Assembly: GCF_018350175.1 (NCBI RefSeq) | Contig: NC_058368.1 | Coordinates: 47,370,001 to 47,434,000, forward strand | Direction of reading: 5' to 3' | Length of the DNA: 64,000 bases | From: Felis catus | Taxonomy: Eukaryota | Part shown: piece after piece, positions 11,585 to 23,500 of the stretch | Layout of the letters: every line of letters begins with the position of its first letter | How positions within the stretch are numbered: position 1 is the first letter of the stretch | Position numbers and translations under genes: made by a program | The notes under the pieces: generated by a model | The model's input: the letters and a program-made list of their open reading frames with translations, nothing else | What the model was told of the DNA's origin: nothing | Database searches by the model: none

Positions 11585-13970
11585 AAAGTGTGACTATCTT
11601 TCAAGTAGTGTCAGCACTGGAGAGGAATATTGTTGGTGCTGTTGTTTTAATTTCCATGCGGGTGCCAGTGTCTTCTTCAGATAGATCAGAGCCAAACACT
11701 TCACTAGTTATGCAAGAAATCTCTAGTGAAAAGCTGAATTAACTGACACACTTAGGATTTATCCCAGAGCTGTAACAATAACCCTTAAGGATTGGTGCCC
11801 CTGGTGGCTGCCCAACCTGCTTACTGCTTAGCCCATTCCCAGTGGTCCAGAGCTGGGAAGGGCGGAGGAACACAGAAACAGAGCCCAGAAGACCGAGACA
11901 GAACGTGCTATGCGTAAGACAGATCCCCCTATGCATAAGAAGCCTTGAGTTGGAGAAGAGAGCCAGTCAGCTGGTCAATTAGTTGCTGCAAAAGTGAGAC
12001 AGAGAGTCCTCTGCATCAAAATGGTGAACCCCAGAGGAAGAAGCAAGATGAACTCATGCCCAGGGGGCAGCCACGAGGTAGATGAGTCATGGATCCCCAG
12101 GGCAGCCCCCACAGCTGGGTTCTGTGGCATTTCAGTGCCCACGCAGCGGTTTTTCCTCCTATTCCCTGCATCTTTACGACAAAAGCCTAAAAGGGGAGTA
12201 ACATAAACATGTCTCTTTTGCTTACCTCTACAAGGAAATCAACTAACACAAAGTTTTAGATGTTGTTCAATATTGAAAATTATGAATATATTTTCATTTC
12301 AATTGGGCTTGAGGGAGGGATTATCTTCAAATATCAAAAATAAAGGCTGAAGATGGCAGAACAGCATGGAAGCTTTTTGTGTGTCTCGCGTCCATGAAAT
12401 ACAGCCAGACCAACACTGAACCATCCTACACAACTAGCAAACTGATTGGAGGATCAACACAACAATCTGCACAACCTGAACCACAGAATTCAGCAAGTAT
12501 GCGACACGAAGAGCTGAACTTGGGGAGCAAGAAGCCACGAAGGTAGGGAACTGCTTTTGTGGGCAGAGAGAGGACGGAGACTGGGGAGGGGGGAGAATAA
12601 AGGAAAAGCACCCCTCCCCAAAAGCAGCTGGAGAGAAAGTGGAAAATTGGAAACAGCCGCAGGGACTAAACTAAAAAGGGAGAAAGGAAAGGAGAGGGTT
12701 TAAATTCCATTAAGACTATAAACAAGAGGAGCACAAAGGCTGCAACTCCGCAGCTCCATACCTGGCGGTGCTCTGGTGGGAAGGGCGAATCCCCAGGAAG
12801 AGTGGGGTCCGGGAGGTTCTCAGGCCACACGGGGAAAGCGGTTCCACTGCTGGAAGGACATTTGGTAGAGACTGTTGAAGCCACCTGGTCCCAGCAGATC
12901 CCGGAAGGCAGCCACATTCGCTGGTGCTGGGGCAAGGTTCTTGAGGGTGAAGCGTGGTGCCAGATGTGTGATGTGATTTTCCATAATCCCTGAAATGCTG
13001 TTGCTACACTATCTCATGGACTTTTTCTGGGGTGGGCTGGCACCTTGCTTCAGTCTTGGGGCACTGGCAGCAGCAGGGTCCACTGGGCGTTCCTGGGTGC
13101 AGACAATATTCGGCCGTTGCTCATTCGGCCATTTCTCGGTGAGATCTTCCCACAGAGTGGGGGAAAGGGTCAAAGCCGCAGTCCTTCGGACGTAAGGGGC
13201 CGGGAAAAACAGCCGCATCTGAGACAAAACTCGGAAGACAGGTACTGCCTGAGGCCTGGTCACGGAGAGTGAAAAACGGGGGAGTGGACGAGAGCTGAAG
13301 ACAGAGGAGGGGTGCGCAATTGCTGATCTGGGAGAACAGACTGGGTAGCTGGGTGGCCGCATTTTCCCCACTCCCGCGCATGCACATACGCACCTACGAG
13401 CTTCGCAACAATCCACCCCAGTAGGCTAGCAGCGCCATCTAGTGGAGAGCAGAGCTGTTACACTGAGCCCCGCCCAAATGCACCAACTTTGCTCTTTAAG
13501 AACACAAGTCTCACCACCTGCTTAGTTTATGGATTATAAAGCGCTTCATAGTCTGGCTTCTAGAGGAAAACAAAGTAATTTCAGTCCTACTTCAATCTGT
13601 TAGCAGGTCCATCATTTCAATTTTCTTTCTTTCTTTTTTTTCTTTTCTTTTTTTTCTTTTATAATTTTCTTTTTCTTGAATACCGAAAGAGAAAAAATTC
13701 ATTTTTATTTTCAATTTTTATTAAAAATATCTTTCTTTAATTTTTATTACTATGTTTTTTACTTTTGTATAACTATTTTCAAATTTTACTTTACTTCCAT
13801 CATTTTCTTTTAGTCTACTTCAGTGTACGTACCTTTTCAAATTTTCAAACAATTTCCTCTTTTCTCTTTTTCTTTATGTTTCTTTTTTTATTTTTCCTTT
13901 CTTTTCTTTTTCTTGAATGCAGAAAGAGAAAAACTTCATTTTTACTTTCAATTTCTATTAAATATATTCT

Positions 13971-14198
13971 TTTTTTTTTTTAATTTTTTTTTTCAACGTT
14001 TATTTTTATTTTTGGGACAGAGAGAGACAGAGCATGAACGGGGGAGGGGCAGAGAGAGAGGGAGACACAGAATCAGAAACAGGCTCCAGGCTCTGAGCCA
14101 TCAGCCCAGAGCCCGACGCGGGACTCGAACTCACGGACCGCGAGATCGTGACCTGGCTGAAGTCGGACGCTTAACCGACTGCGCCACCCAGGCGCCCC
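13971..14198 (-). mobile_element. Young felid Can-SINE (SINEC_Fc type)
   Basis: CpG-intact body GGGGCGCCTGGGTGGCGCAGTCGGTTAAGCGTCCG and A tail. 17-bp TSD TCTATTAAATATATTCT at 13954-13970 and 14200-14216. Confidence 0.93.
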
Positions 14199-14216
14199 GT
14201 CTATTAAATATATTCT

Positions 14217-14438
14217 TTTTTAAAAATTTTTTTTTAACGTTTATTTATTTTTGAGACAGAGAGAGACAGAGCATGAACAGGAGAGGGGCAGAGAGAGAGG
14301 GAGACACAGAATCTGAAACAGGCTCCAGGCTCTGAGCTGTCAGCACAGAGCCCGATGCAGGGCTCAAACCCACAGACCGTGAGATCATGACCTGAGCCGA
14401 AGTCGGACGCTTAACCGACTGAGCCACCCAGGTGCCCC
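14217..14438 (-). mobile_element. Felid Can-SINE
   Basis: Full-length SINE. 12-bp TSD TAAATATATTCT at 14205-14216 and 14439-14450. Confidence 0.93.
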
Positions 14439-15011
14439 TAAATATATTCTTGTGTAGTTTTCATTAATATAGTTTTTGCTTTTAGGTAAATTTTTTCAAA
14501 TTCTATTATCTTCCATCATTTTATTTTAGTCTACTACAGTGTATCCACTTCTTCAAATTGTCAAAAGATTTCTTTTTTTTCTTTCTTTTTTTAATCTTTT
14601 ATCTTTTTCTCTTCTTTTTTCTTAAATACATAAAACGAAAAATTCATATTTATTTTTAATTTTTATTAAAAATATTTTTCTTAATTATTTTCTACTATAT
14701 TCTTTACTTTTGTGTATATTTTTTCAAATTCTATTTTGCCCCCATCATCTCATTTTAGTCTACTTCAGTGTATTCATTTTTTCAAATTCTCAAACGATTT
14801 CCATTTTTTCCTCCCCCCCCCCCACTTTTTTTTCTCTAATCTGTCAAACCACTTTCAACACCCAGACCAAAACACACCTAGGATCTAGCATCATCTTTTG
14901 ATTTGTGTGTGTGTGTGTGTCTGTGCTTAATTTATAATTTTAATATTTTTTTTAATTTTAATTCTTTTATTTCAATTTTTCTACCTCATTAATTCCTTTT
15001 CTCCCTTCAAA

Positions 15012-15916
15012 ATGACAAAACGAAGGAATTCACCCCAAAAGAAAAAGCACAAAGAAGTAACAGCCAGGGACTTAACCAACACAGATACAAGCAAGATGTC
15101 TGAACCAGAATTTACAATCACGATAATAAGAATACTAATTTGAGTCGAAAATAGATTAGATCCCTTTCTGCAGAGATAAAAGAAAAAAAAAAGCCAGAAT
15201 GCAATTAAAAATGCTATAACTGAGCTGCAATCATGGATGGATGCAGTGGTGGCAAGGATGGACGAGGCAGAACAGAGAACCAGAGATATACAGGACAAAC
15301 TTACAGAGAATAATGAAGCAGAAAAAAAGAGGGAGATTAAGGCAAAAGAGCACAATTTCATAATTAGAGAAGTCAGTGATTCATTAAAAAGGAACATCAG
15401 AATCATAGGGATCCCAGAAGAGGAAGAGAGAGAGAGAGGGGTAGAAGGGTTATGTGAGCAAATCATAGTGGAAAACTTTCCTAACCTGGGGAAAGACACA
15501 GACGTCAAAATCCAGGAAGCACAGAGGACCCCCATTAGATTCAACAAAAACCGACCATCAACAAGGCATATCATAGTCAAATTCACAAAATACTCAGGCA
15601 AGGAGAGAATCATGAAAGCAGCAAGGGAAAAAAAGTCCCTAACCTACACGGGAAGTCAGATCAGGTTTGCAGCAGACCTATCCACAGAAACTTGGCAGGC
15701 CAGAAAGGAGTGGCTGGATATATTCAGTGTGCTGAATCAGAAAAATATGCAGCCAAGATTCTTTATCCAGCAAGGCTGTCATTCAAAATAGAGGGAGAGG
15801 TAAAAAGTTTCCCAGACAAACAAAAATTAAAGGAGTTTGTAACCACTAAACCAGCCCTGCAAGAAATTATAAGGGAGACTCTCTCTGAAGGGAGAAAAGA
15901 TGGAAAATATATATGA
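15012..15916 (+). pseudogene. L1 ORF1p remnant
   Basis: Starts MTKRRNSPQKK and has a premature TGA near 15141. Coiled-coil, RRM (NIRIIGIPEEEE, RHIIVKF) and CTD (YPARLSF) segments are split over several frames. Confidence 0.92.
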
Positions 15917-15995
15917 ATAAATAAATACCAAAAGCAACAAAGATTAAGAAGGACCAGAGAACACCACCAGAAACTCCAACTCTACAAGCATCATA

Positions 15996-18900
15996 ATGGC
16001 AATAAATTCACATCTTTCAGTACTCACTCTAAACGTCGATGCACTCAATGCTCCAGTCAAAAGACATAGGGTAACACGAGAATGGATAAGAAAACAAGAT
16101 CCATCTACATGCTGTTTACAAGAGACTCACTTCAGACCTAAAGACACCTTCAGATTGAAAGTAAGGGGATGGAGAACAATCTATCATGCTAATGGTCAAC
16201 AAAAGAAAGCTGGAGTAGCCATACTTATATCAGACAATCTAGACTTTAAAATAAAGACCGTATCAAGGGATGAAGAAGGGCATTATGTCATAATCAAGGG
16301 GTCTATCTATCCTCCAAGAAGACCTAACAATTGTAACCATTTATGCGCCAAATGTGAGAGCACCCACATATATAAATCAATTAATCCCAAACATCAAGAA
16401 ACTCATCGATAGTAATACCATAATAGTAGGAGACTTCAACACCCCACTCACAGCAATGGACAGATCATCTAATCAAAAAATCAACAAGGAAAAATGGCTT
16501 TGAATGACACACTGGACCAGATGGACTTAATAGATATATTCAGAACGTTTCATCCTAAAGCAGAGGAATATACATTCTTCTCCAGTGCACATGGAACGTT
16601 CTCCAGAATAGACCATATACTGGGACACAAATCAGCCCGAAGTAAGTACAAAAAGATCAAGATCATACCATGCATATTTTCAGACCACAACGCTATGAAA
16701 CCCTAAATCAACCACAAGAAAAAATTTGGAAAGGTAACAAATACTTGGAGACTGAAGAACATCCTACTAAAGAATGAATGGGATAACCCAGACTTTAAAG
16801 AAGAAAGTAAAAAGTATATGGAAGCCAATGAAAATTATAACACTACAAGCCAAAACCTCTGGTACACAGCAAAGGCAGTCATAAGACGAAAGTATATAGC
16901 AATCCAGGCCTTCCTAAAGAAGGAAGCAAGATCTCAGATACACAACCTAACCTTATGCCTTAAGGAGCTGGAATAAGAACAGCAAATAAAACCCCAAACC
17001 AGCGGAAGACAGGAAATAATAAAGACTAGAGCAGAAATTAATGCTATCGAAACCAAAAAAAAAAAAAAAAAAAAACCAGTAGAACAGACCAATGAAACCA
17101 GAAGCTGGTTCTTTGAAAGAATTAACAAAATTGAAAAACCACTAGCCAGTTTGATCAAGAAGAAAACGGAAAGGACCCATAAAATAAAATCAAGAATGAA
17201 AGAGGAGAGATCACAACCAACACAACAGAAATAAAGACAATAATAAGAGAATATTATGAGCAATTATATGCCAATAAAATGGGTAATCTGGAAGAAATGG
17301 ACAAATTCCTAGAAACATATAAACTACCAAAAACGAAACAGGAAGAAATAGAAAATTTGAACAGACCCATAACCAGTAAGGAAATCGAATTAGTAATCAA
17401 AAATCTGCCAAAAAAACAAGAGTCCAGGGCCAGATGGCTTTCAGGGGAATTCTATCAAACATGTAAGGAAGAGTTAACACCTATTCTCTTGAAACTGTTC
17501 CAAAAAATAGAAATGGAAGGAAAACTTCCAAACTCTTTCTATGAAGCCAGCATTACCTTGATTCCAAAACCAGACAGAGACCCCACTAAAAAGGAGAACT
17601 ATAGACCAATTTCCCTGATCAACATGGATGCAAAAATCCTCAACAAGATATTAGCCAACCAGATCCAACAATACATTAAAAAAATTATTCATCATGACCA
17701 AGCGGGATTTATACCTGGGATGCAGGGCTGGTTCAATATCCACAAAACAACTAATGGATTCATCACATCAATAAAAGAAAGGACAAGAGCCATATGATCC
17801 TCTCAATAGATGCTGAGAAAACATGTGACAACATACAGCATCCTTACTTGATAAAAACCCTCAAGAAAGTAGGGATAGAAGGAGCATACCTCGAGATCAT
17901 AAAAGCCATATATGAATGACCCAACACTAATACCATCCTCCATGGGGAAAAATTGAGAGCTTTCCCTCTAAAGTCAGGAACATGACAGGGATGTCCACTC
18001 TCACCACTGTTATTCAACATAGTATTGGAAGTCTTAGCCTCTGCAATCAGACAACACAAGGAAATAAAAGGCATCCAAATCGGCCAGGAGGAGGTCAAAC
18101 TTTCACTCTTCGCAGATGACATGATACTCTATATGGAAAACCCAAAAGATGCCACCAAAAAACTGCTAGAACTGATTCATGAATTCAGCAATGTTTCAGG
18201 ATATAAAATCAATGCACAGAAATCGGTTGCATTCCTATACACCAACACTGAAGAAACAGAAAGAGAAATCAAGGAATCGATCCCATTTACAATTGTACCA
18301 AAAACCATAAAATACCTAGGAATAAATCTAACCAAAGAGGTGAAAAATCTACACACTGAAAACTATAGGAAACTTATGAAAGAAATTGAAGAAGACACAA
18401 AAAATGGAAAAAGAATCCATGCTTCTGGATAGGAAGAACAAATACTGTTAAAATGTCAATACTACCCAAAGCAATCTACATATTCAATGCAATCCCTATC
18501 AAAGTAACACCAACATTCTTCACAGAGCTAGAACAAATAATCCTAAAATTTGTATGGAACCAGAAAAGACCCCAAATAGCCAAAGCAATCTTGAAAAAGA
18601 AAACCAAAGCAGGAGGCATCACAATCCCAGACTTCAAGCTATCCTACAAAGCTGTAATCATCAAGACAGTATGGTACTGGCACAAGAACAGACACTCAGA
18701 CCAGTGGGACAGAACAGAGAACCCAGAAACGGACCCACAAATGTATGGCCAACTAATCTTTGACAAAGCAGGAAAGAATATCCCATGGAATAAAGACAGT
18801 CTCTTCAGCAAGTGATGCTGGGAAAACTGGACAGCGACGTGCAGAAGAATGAACCTGGACCACTTTCTTACACCATACACAAAAATGAACTCAAAATGGA

Positions 18901-19805
18901 TGAAAGACCTCAATGTAAGACAGGAAGCCATCAAAATCCTCGAGGAGAAACCAGGCAAAAACCTCCTTGATTTTGGCCGCAGCAACTTACTCAACACGTC
19001 TCCAGAGGCAAGGGAAACAAAAGCAAAAATGAACTACTGGGACCTCATCAAAATAAAAAGCTTCTGCACAGTGAAGGAAACAATCAGCAAAACTAAAAGG
19101 CAATCGACAGAATGGGAGAAGGTATTTGCAAATGACATATCAGATAAAGGGTTAGTATCCAAAATCTATAAAGAATTTATCAAACTCAACCCCCAAAAAA
19201 CAAGTAGCAAGGGTAGAAATGGGCAAAAGACATGAACAGACCCTTCTCCAAAGAAGACATCCAGATGGCCAACCAACACATGAAAAAATGCTCACATCAC
19301 TCATCATCAGGGAAACACAAATCAAAACCACTATGAGATACCACCTTACACCTGTCAAAATGGCTAACATTAACAACTCAGGCAACAACAGATGTTGGCG
19401 AGGATGCGGAGAAAGAGGATCTCTTTTTCATAGTTGGTGAGAATGCAAGCTGGTGCAGCCACTCTGGAAAACAGTATGGAGGTGTCTCAAAAAATTAAAA
19501 ATAGATCTACCCTATAACCCAGCAATTGCACTACTAGGCATTTATTCAAGGGATACAGGTGTGCTGTTACGAAGGGACACATGCACCCCCATGTTTATAG
19601 CAGCACCATCAACAGTGGCCAAAGTATGGAAAGAGCCCAAATGTCACCGATGGATGAATGGAAAAAGAAGATGTGGTATATACATACAATGGAGTATTAC
19701 TCGGCAATCAAAAGGAATGAAATCTTGCCATTTACAACTATGTGGATAGAACTGGAGGGTATTATGCTAAGTGAAATTAGTCAGAGAAAGGCAAAAATCA
19801 TATGA
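15996..19805 (+). pseudogene. L1 ORF2p (endonuclease / reverse transcriptase) remnant
   Basis: Endonuclease motifs (CCLQETH, SRIDH, FSDHN), RT motifs ([22 protein letters not shown]) and a degenerate C-terminal Cys-rich motif. Many stops and frameshifts, including an expanded A-run at ~17055-17074. Confidence 0.95.
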
Positions 19806-20341
19806 TTTCAGTGATGTGAGGACTTTAAGAGACAAAACAGATGAACATAAGGGAAGGGCAACAAAAATAGTATAAAAACAGGGAGGGGGGACAAAACAGA
19901 AGAGACTCATAAATATGGAGAACAAAATGAGGGCTGCTGGAGGGGTTGTGGGAGGGGGGATGGGCTAAATGGGTAAGAGGCATTAAGGAATCTACTCCTG
20001 AAAACATTGTTTCACTCTATGCTAACTAATTGGGATGTAAATTTTAAAAAATAAAAAATAAAATTTAAATAAATAAATAAATATTTACTGACAGGGAAAA
20101 TAAAAATAAAAATAAAGCCTCTTTGTCAACATTTTGGGCAAAAGAAGCCAGCATCTCCTAACAGTTTTCAGTTTATAAACCACTTCCATGCTCACACTGC
20201 CATGTAACCCTCACAGTGGGGTAGACATTATTAGCTCTCTTTTACAGATGAAGAAACAAAGCACACTTATATATACCCTGTTGGTATTTAAAAAAACAAA
20301 AAGCAAGTGATGGGCAACTAGTCTTATATATTTATACACGA

Positions 20342-20557
20342 TTTTTTTTAATGTTTATTTTTTATTTTTGGCAGAGAGAGGCTGGAAGGGAGAGAGAGCA
20401 CAAGCAGGGGAAGGGCAGGGAGAATTGGGGACAGAGAATCTTAAGCGGACTCTGAACTGAAGCAGTGAACCCAACCTGGGGCTGGAACTCGCAAACCGCA
20501 AGATTGTGGCCTGAGCCGAAGTCAGACACTCAACTGACTGAGCCACCCAAGCGCCCC
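20342..20557 (-). mobile_element. Can-SINE
   Basis: SINE body and tail. Confidence 0.88.
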
Positions 20558-23500
20558 TACTTACATAGAATTTTTAAAAATTCTTCACCAATTGAAATAT
20601 ATCTTATGCAAATATTTTGTGTAATTCCCAAATAGTTAGATTGATCATATTTTTAGTAAGCAGTTTCCATTACTCCAGGGCAAATTGAGATGAATGAACA
20701 TCTAGTAAGTAATGAGTGATATATATGCATAAATCAATTCAGGAGAGACTTTTTAATCATTTTAACTACAGCAAGAAATTCACAATATTATTAGTGATTA
20801 TTATTAGGGCTGTAATAACACACAAACAAAAGTTTTCATCTTTCTGGGAATTTGGAAACATTTAATATGTAATCTTCCCTGTGTCTACTGGAGGTTTTTC
20901 TCTTCACTTGGTGTTTTTAATCAATATAATATCTCACCAAGATACTATTCTTTAAAATTGTCTGTAGTGGCTTTTCTAGAGAGGAAGTTCAGTGTGGTAT
21001 TTATGAGCATAGATTCTGATACAGATTGCCTGGGTTCAACTCCCAGCCCAGCCATTTACCTTAGGCAAATTATTTTACCTCTCTTTGTCAGTTTGCTCAT
21101 TCATAACATGGGAGTGATTATAATAATGGTATATATCCTCAGAAGATTTTTTCGAGGATTAAATTATTTAACACCCACTAAACTCTTAAAAATAATACTT
21201 TCCTTGCATGCTGTAGTCCCTCAATAGTTGACAGACATTGTCAGTACATTTATTCTTTATATCTAACTTATGAGGAAGGTTAACGTAAGCAGATTTAACT
21301 TGAGGAAAGGGTAGGTCTCCAAAGGTTTGTTTACAAATTAGAATGCACTGCCTCAAAGAAACAGTATTGCCAATAGTAGACAAATCCGTCTACAGTGGTA
21401 GACAGGAATCCAAAGAAGCCCATACATGTCCCTTTCACCCATGATGCAGTTGAGATTGTATGGTACTTCCAGCCACTGCACTGTCTGAGCCCCTCTAAGT
21501 TCTGGGAGCACAAGTTACAAGGTATGGTAGGAACTGTGCATGTCCCTTGCCACACCAGGGAACACCAAGAGGTTATGGAAAAGATATAGGAGGGGGCTGT
21601 GAGGGACAACATAACTCCAGTATAGGATGTGGGAGAACTCTTCTTTCTGATGTTTGAAGAAGGCTCAAAACTCTAGACTTCAAGAATATCAGTTGCAAGG
21701 AAAAATTCCAGGTTGCCAGCATATTTAATAATTTTTAGAAGTAATCTGCTAAAAACTTTGTGCCAGCATTATAGTTTTCAAGATGAGAAAAGTAAATACC
21801 AAAAGACCTACTCAATCTTATTTTCCATTCTGGTTAATAGGTGGATCTGCATGAGTAATGGTGGGAAGAGCACATTTTCTCTGAGGGCAACAAGTCTCAA
21901 AACAATATCATGAATGAAAAGAAAAGGAGGAAGAGGCTGACATGCTTCTGGGTTTGGCACTCTGCCACCTTAGATTGCAAGTGGATGTGTCCTGGGCATT
22001 GTACTTGAAGGCCACACTTTTGCCTTCTCCGTTTCTCTCCAACCATTTCAGGAAGGAGCTGGGACAGAAGGACTCACAATGTAGAAGGGAAATGAAAAGG
22101 CATCTTGGCTTTTGCACATACTGTTTCATCTGCCTGGATTCTTTTCTCAAACCAAATACTTATGGTTATGGCCAACCTGGGCTTTGAGTCTTATTTAGAA
22201 ATCCCTGGTTCCAGAAAACAGCTTTCCATATCCGGCCAAAGTAGGTATGTGTTTATCTGCATTACAGCAATTGTGCACTCTCTTGGAATGGCTTGTTTGT
22301 TAGTCTTTATTAATTTGTGAGCTCCTTGAGAGTACAGAAAGTGTCTTAATCATCTTTGGGTCTTTGGGTCTGCAATGCCCTATGTTGTGACTTTCACATA
22401 GGAGCTACCCAACAAATACTGCTTAAATGAACGAACGAACTAAAGCAGGAATTTCAGGGAGGTGGAAAGATGATTCTTCAGTCCTTTCCTATTCTTTGTT
22501 TTGTTTTGACTTGGAACTGAGTGTACCCTGATCCTTTGTCTCTGTAGAATAAACTAGAGCTAATATAAGGTCCAGAGTAAAAACTGCAAGAAGCTGGCTG
22601 TTCAGAGCTAGTTCGGTCCAGGCTGTAAAGAGGAGAGATGAAGAGAGAATTGTGGTTTCCCTGCTATCCAGGCAAGTTGACAGGAGCAAGAAATCAGAAG
22701 TGTCAGAGCAAAACCCCTAACTGGGAAAGAGCTGACATCCAGTTACAGTAACCTCTGCCTTCTGTGTCTTTTAGGAATGCAAGCATAGAACCAGGCAGAT
22801 GAACAGGTATTGATCAAATAGAAGAATGAAAACTCCAACAGTGGCCACTCAATTAAAGCTCACTTCTACAGAGGGCAGATCTGTCCTTTACTGACACACA
22901 CTAGGTAAGTGTGAATTGGGAATAAGGAAGGAGAGAGCCTAATTACAGAAAGCGAGCCGGGCGCGCTGGGTAAGGCCTCCTCTCACCTGCTAGGTGCGCC
23001 ATCTGTGAGCTCTGCCTGTGGAAATATGCAAGTTACTGTCCTTATTGCTGCTAAAATAGCTTCAGGTTATTCAGCATATTAGTGGAAAGAGGTGGTCTCA
23101 GAATTAGAGAGAGGCAAATACCACTGTATTCCAGTTATGGAGATCAGAGCTGAGAAGGTAAATGCCACTCAAAGAGACAATTTTCTAGTTCAATAAAACT
23201 AAGGAATTCTTAGCTTTTAAACTCGGGTTTATCAGATGGAAGGAAGTACTGTTGGAGAAACGGGAGATTAAATGTCAAGACTAAGGCAGTATCTACATAG
23301 AGCAATCACACTGGCCAAAGTGGAACGAACCCATGATGAAGGTGTGCAGTGATCAACCATGTCAACTGTGGTGTGATCTAACTCAGTCTGTAAGAAATAA
23401 CCCAATGAGCTCTGCAGTAATGTGACTTTGGTTACAATCCTAAATTGAGAGTCTCTGGGCTCCCTTTTAAAACTTTATAAGGAAACGCGATTCCATTAAA

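Larger units (their letters stand above)
13671..14810 (+). repeat. Three diverged ~240 bp AT-rich tandem units in the L1 5'UTR (unit 2 split by two SINEs)
   Basis: Recurring TAGTCTACT(T/A)CAGTGTA at ~13811, ~14527 and ~14757, with a recurring preceding TTCTT(G/A)AA...AAA(A/C)TTCAT block. Confidence 0.8.
12349..20107 (+). mobile_element. Near full-length carnivore/felid LINE-1, inactive
   Basis: 5' AAGATGGC (YY1-type start), CpG-rich 5'UTR, ORF1 and ORF2 remnants, G-rich 3'UTR and A-rich tail. Candidate TSD AAAAATAAAGGCT (12336-12348) / AAAAATAAAGCCT (20108-20120). Confidence 0.95.

Noticed and set aside
13009..13416. 135-aa antisense ORF in the L1 5'UTR as an ORF0-like gene
   Set aside because: It starts at a non-ATG codon, lies in GC-rich DNA where stops are rare, and shows no recognisable homology.
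14981..19388. Long hydrophobic minus-strand ORFs (e.g. 210 aa at 14981-15613)
   Set aside because: These are antisense shadows of A-rich L1 coding sequence.
15012..19805. Active retrotransposon or novel reverse-transcriptase system
   Set aside because: Ordinary L1 architecture with multiple stops and frameshifts in both ORFs.
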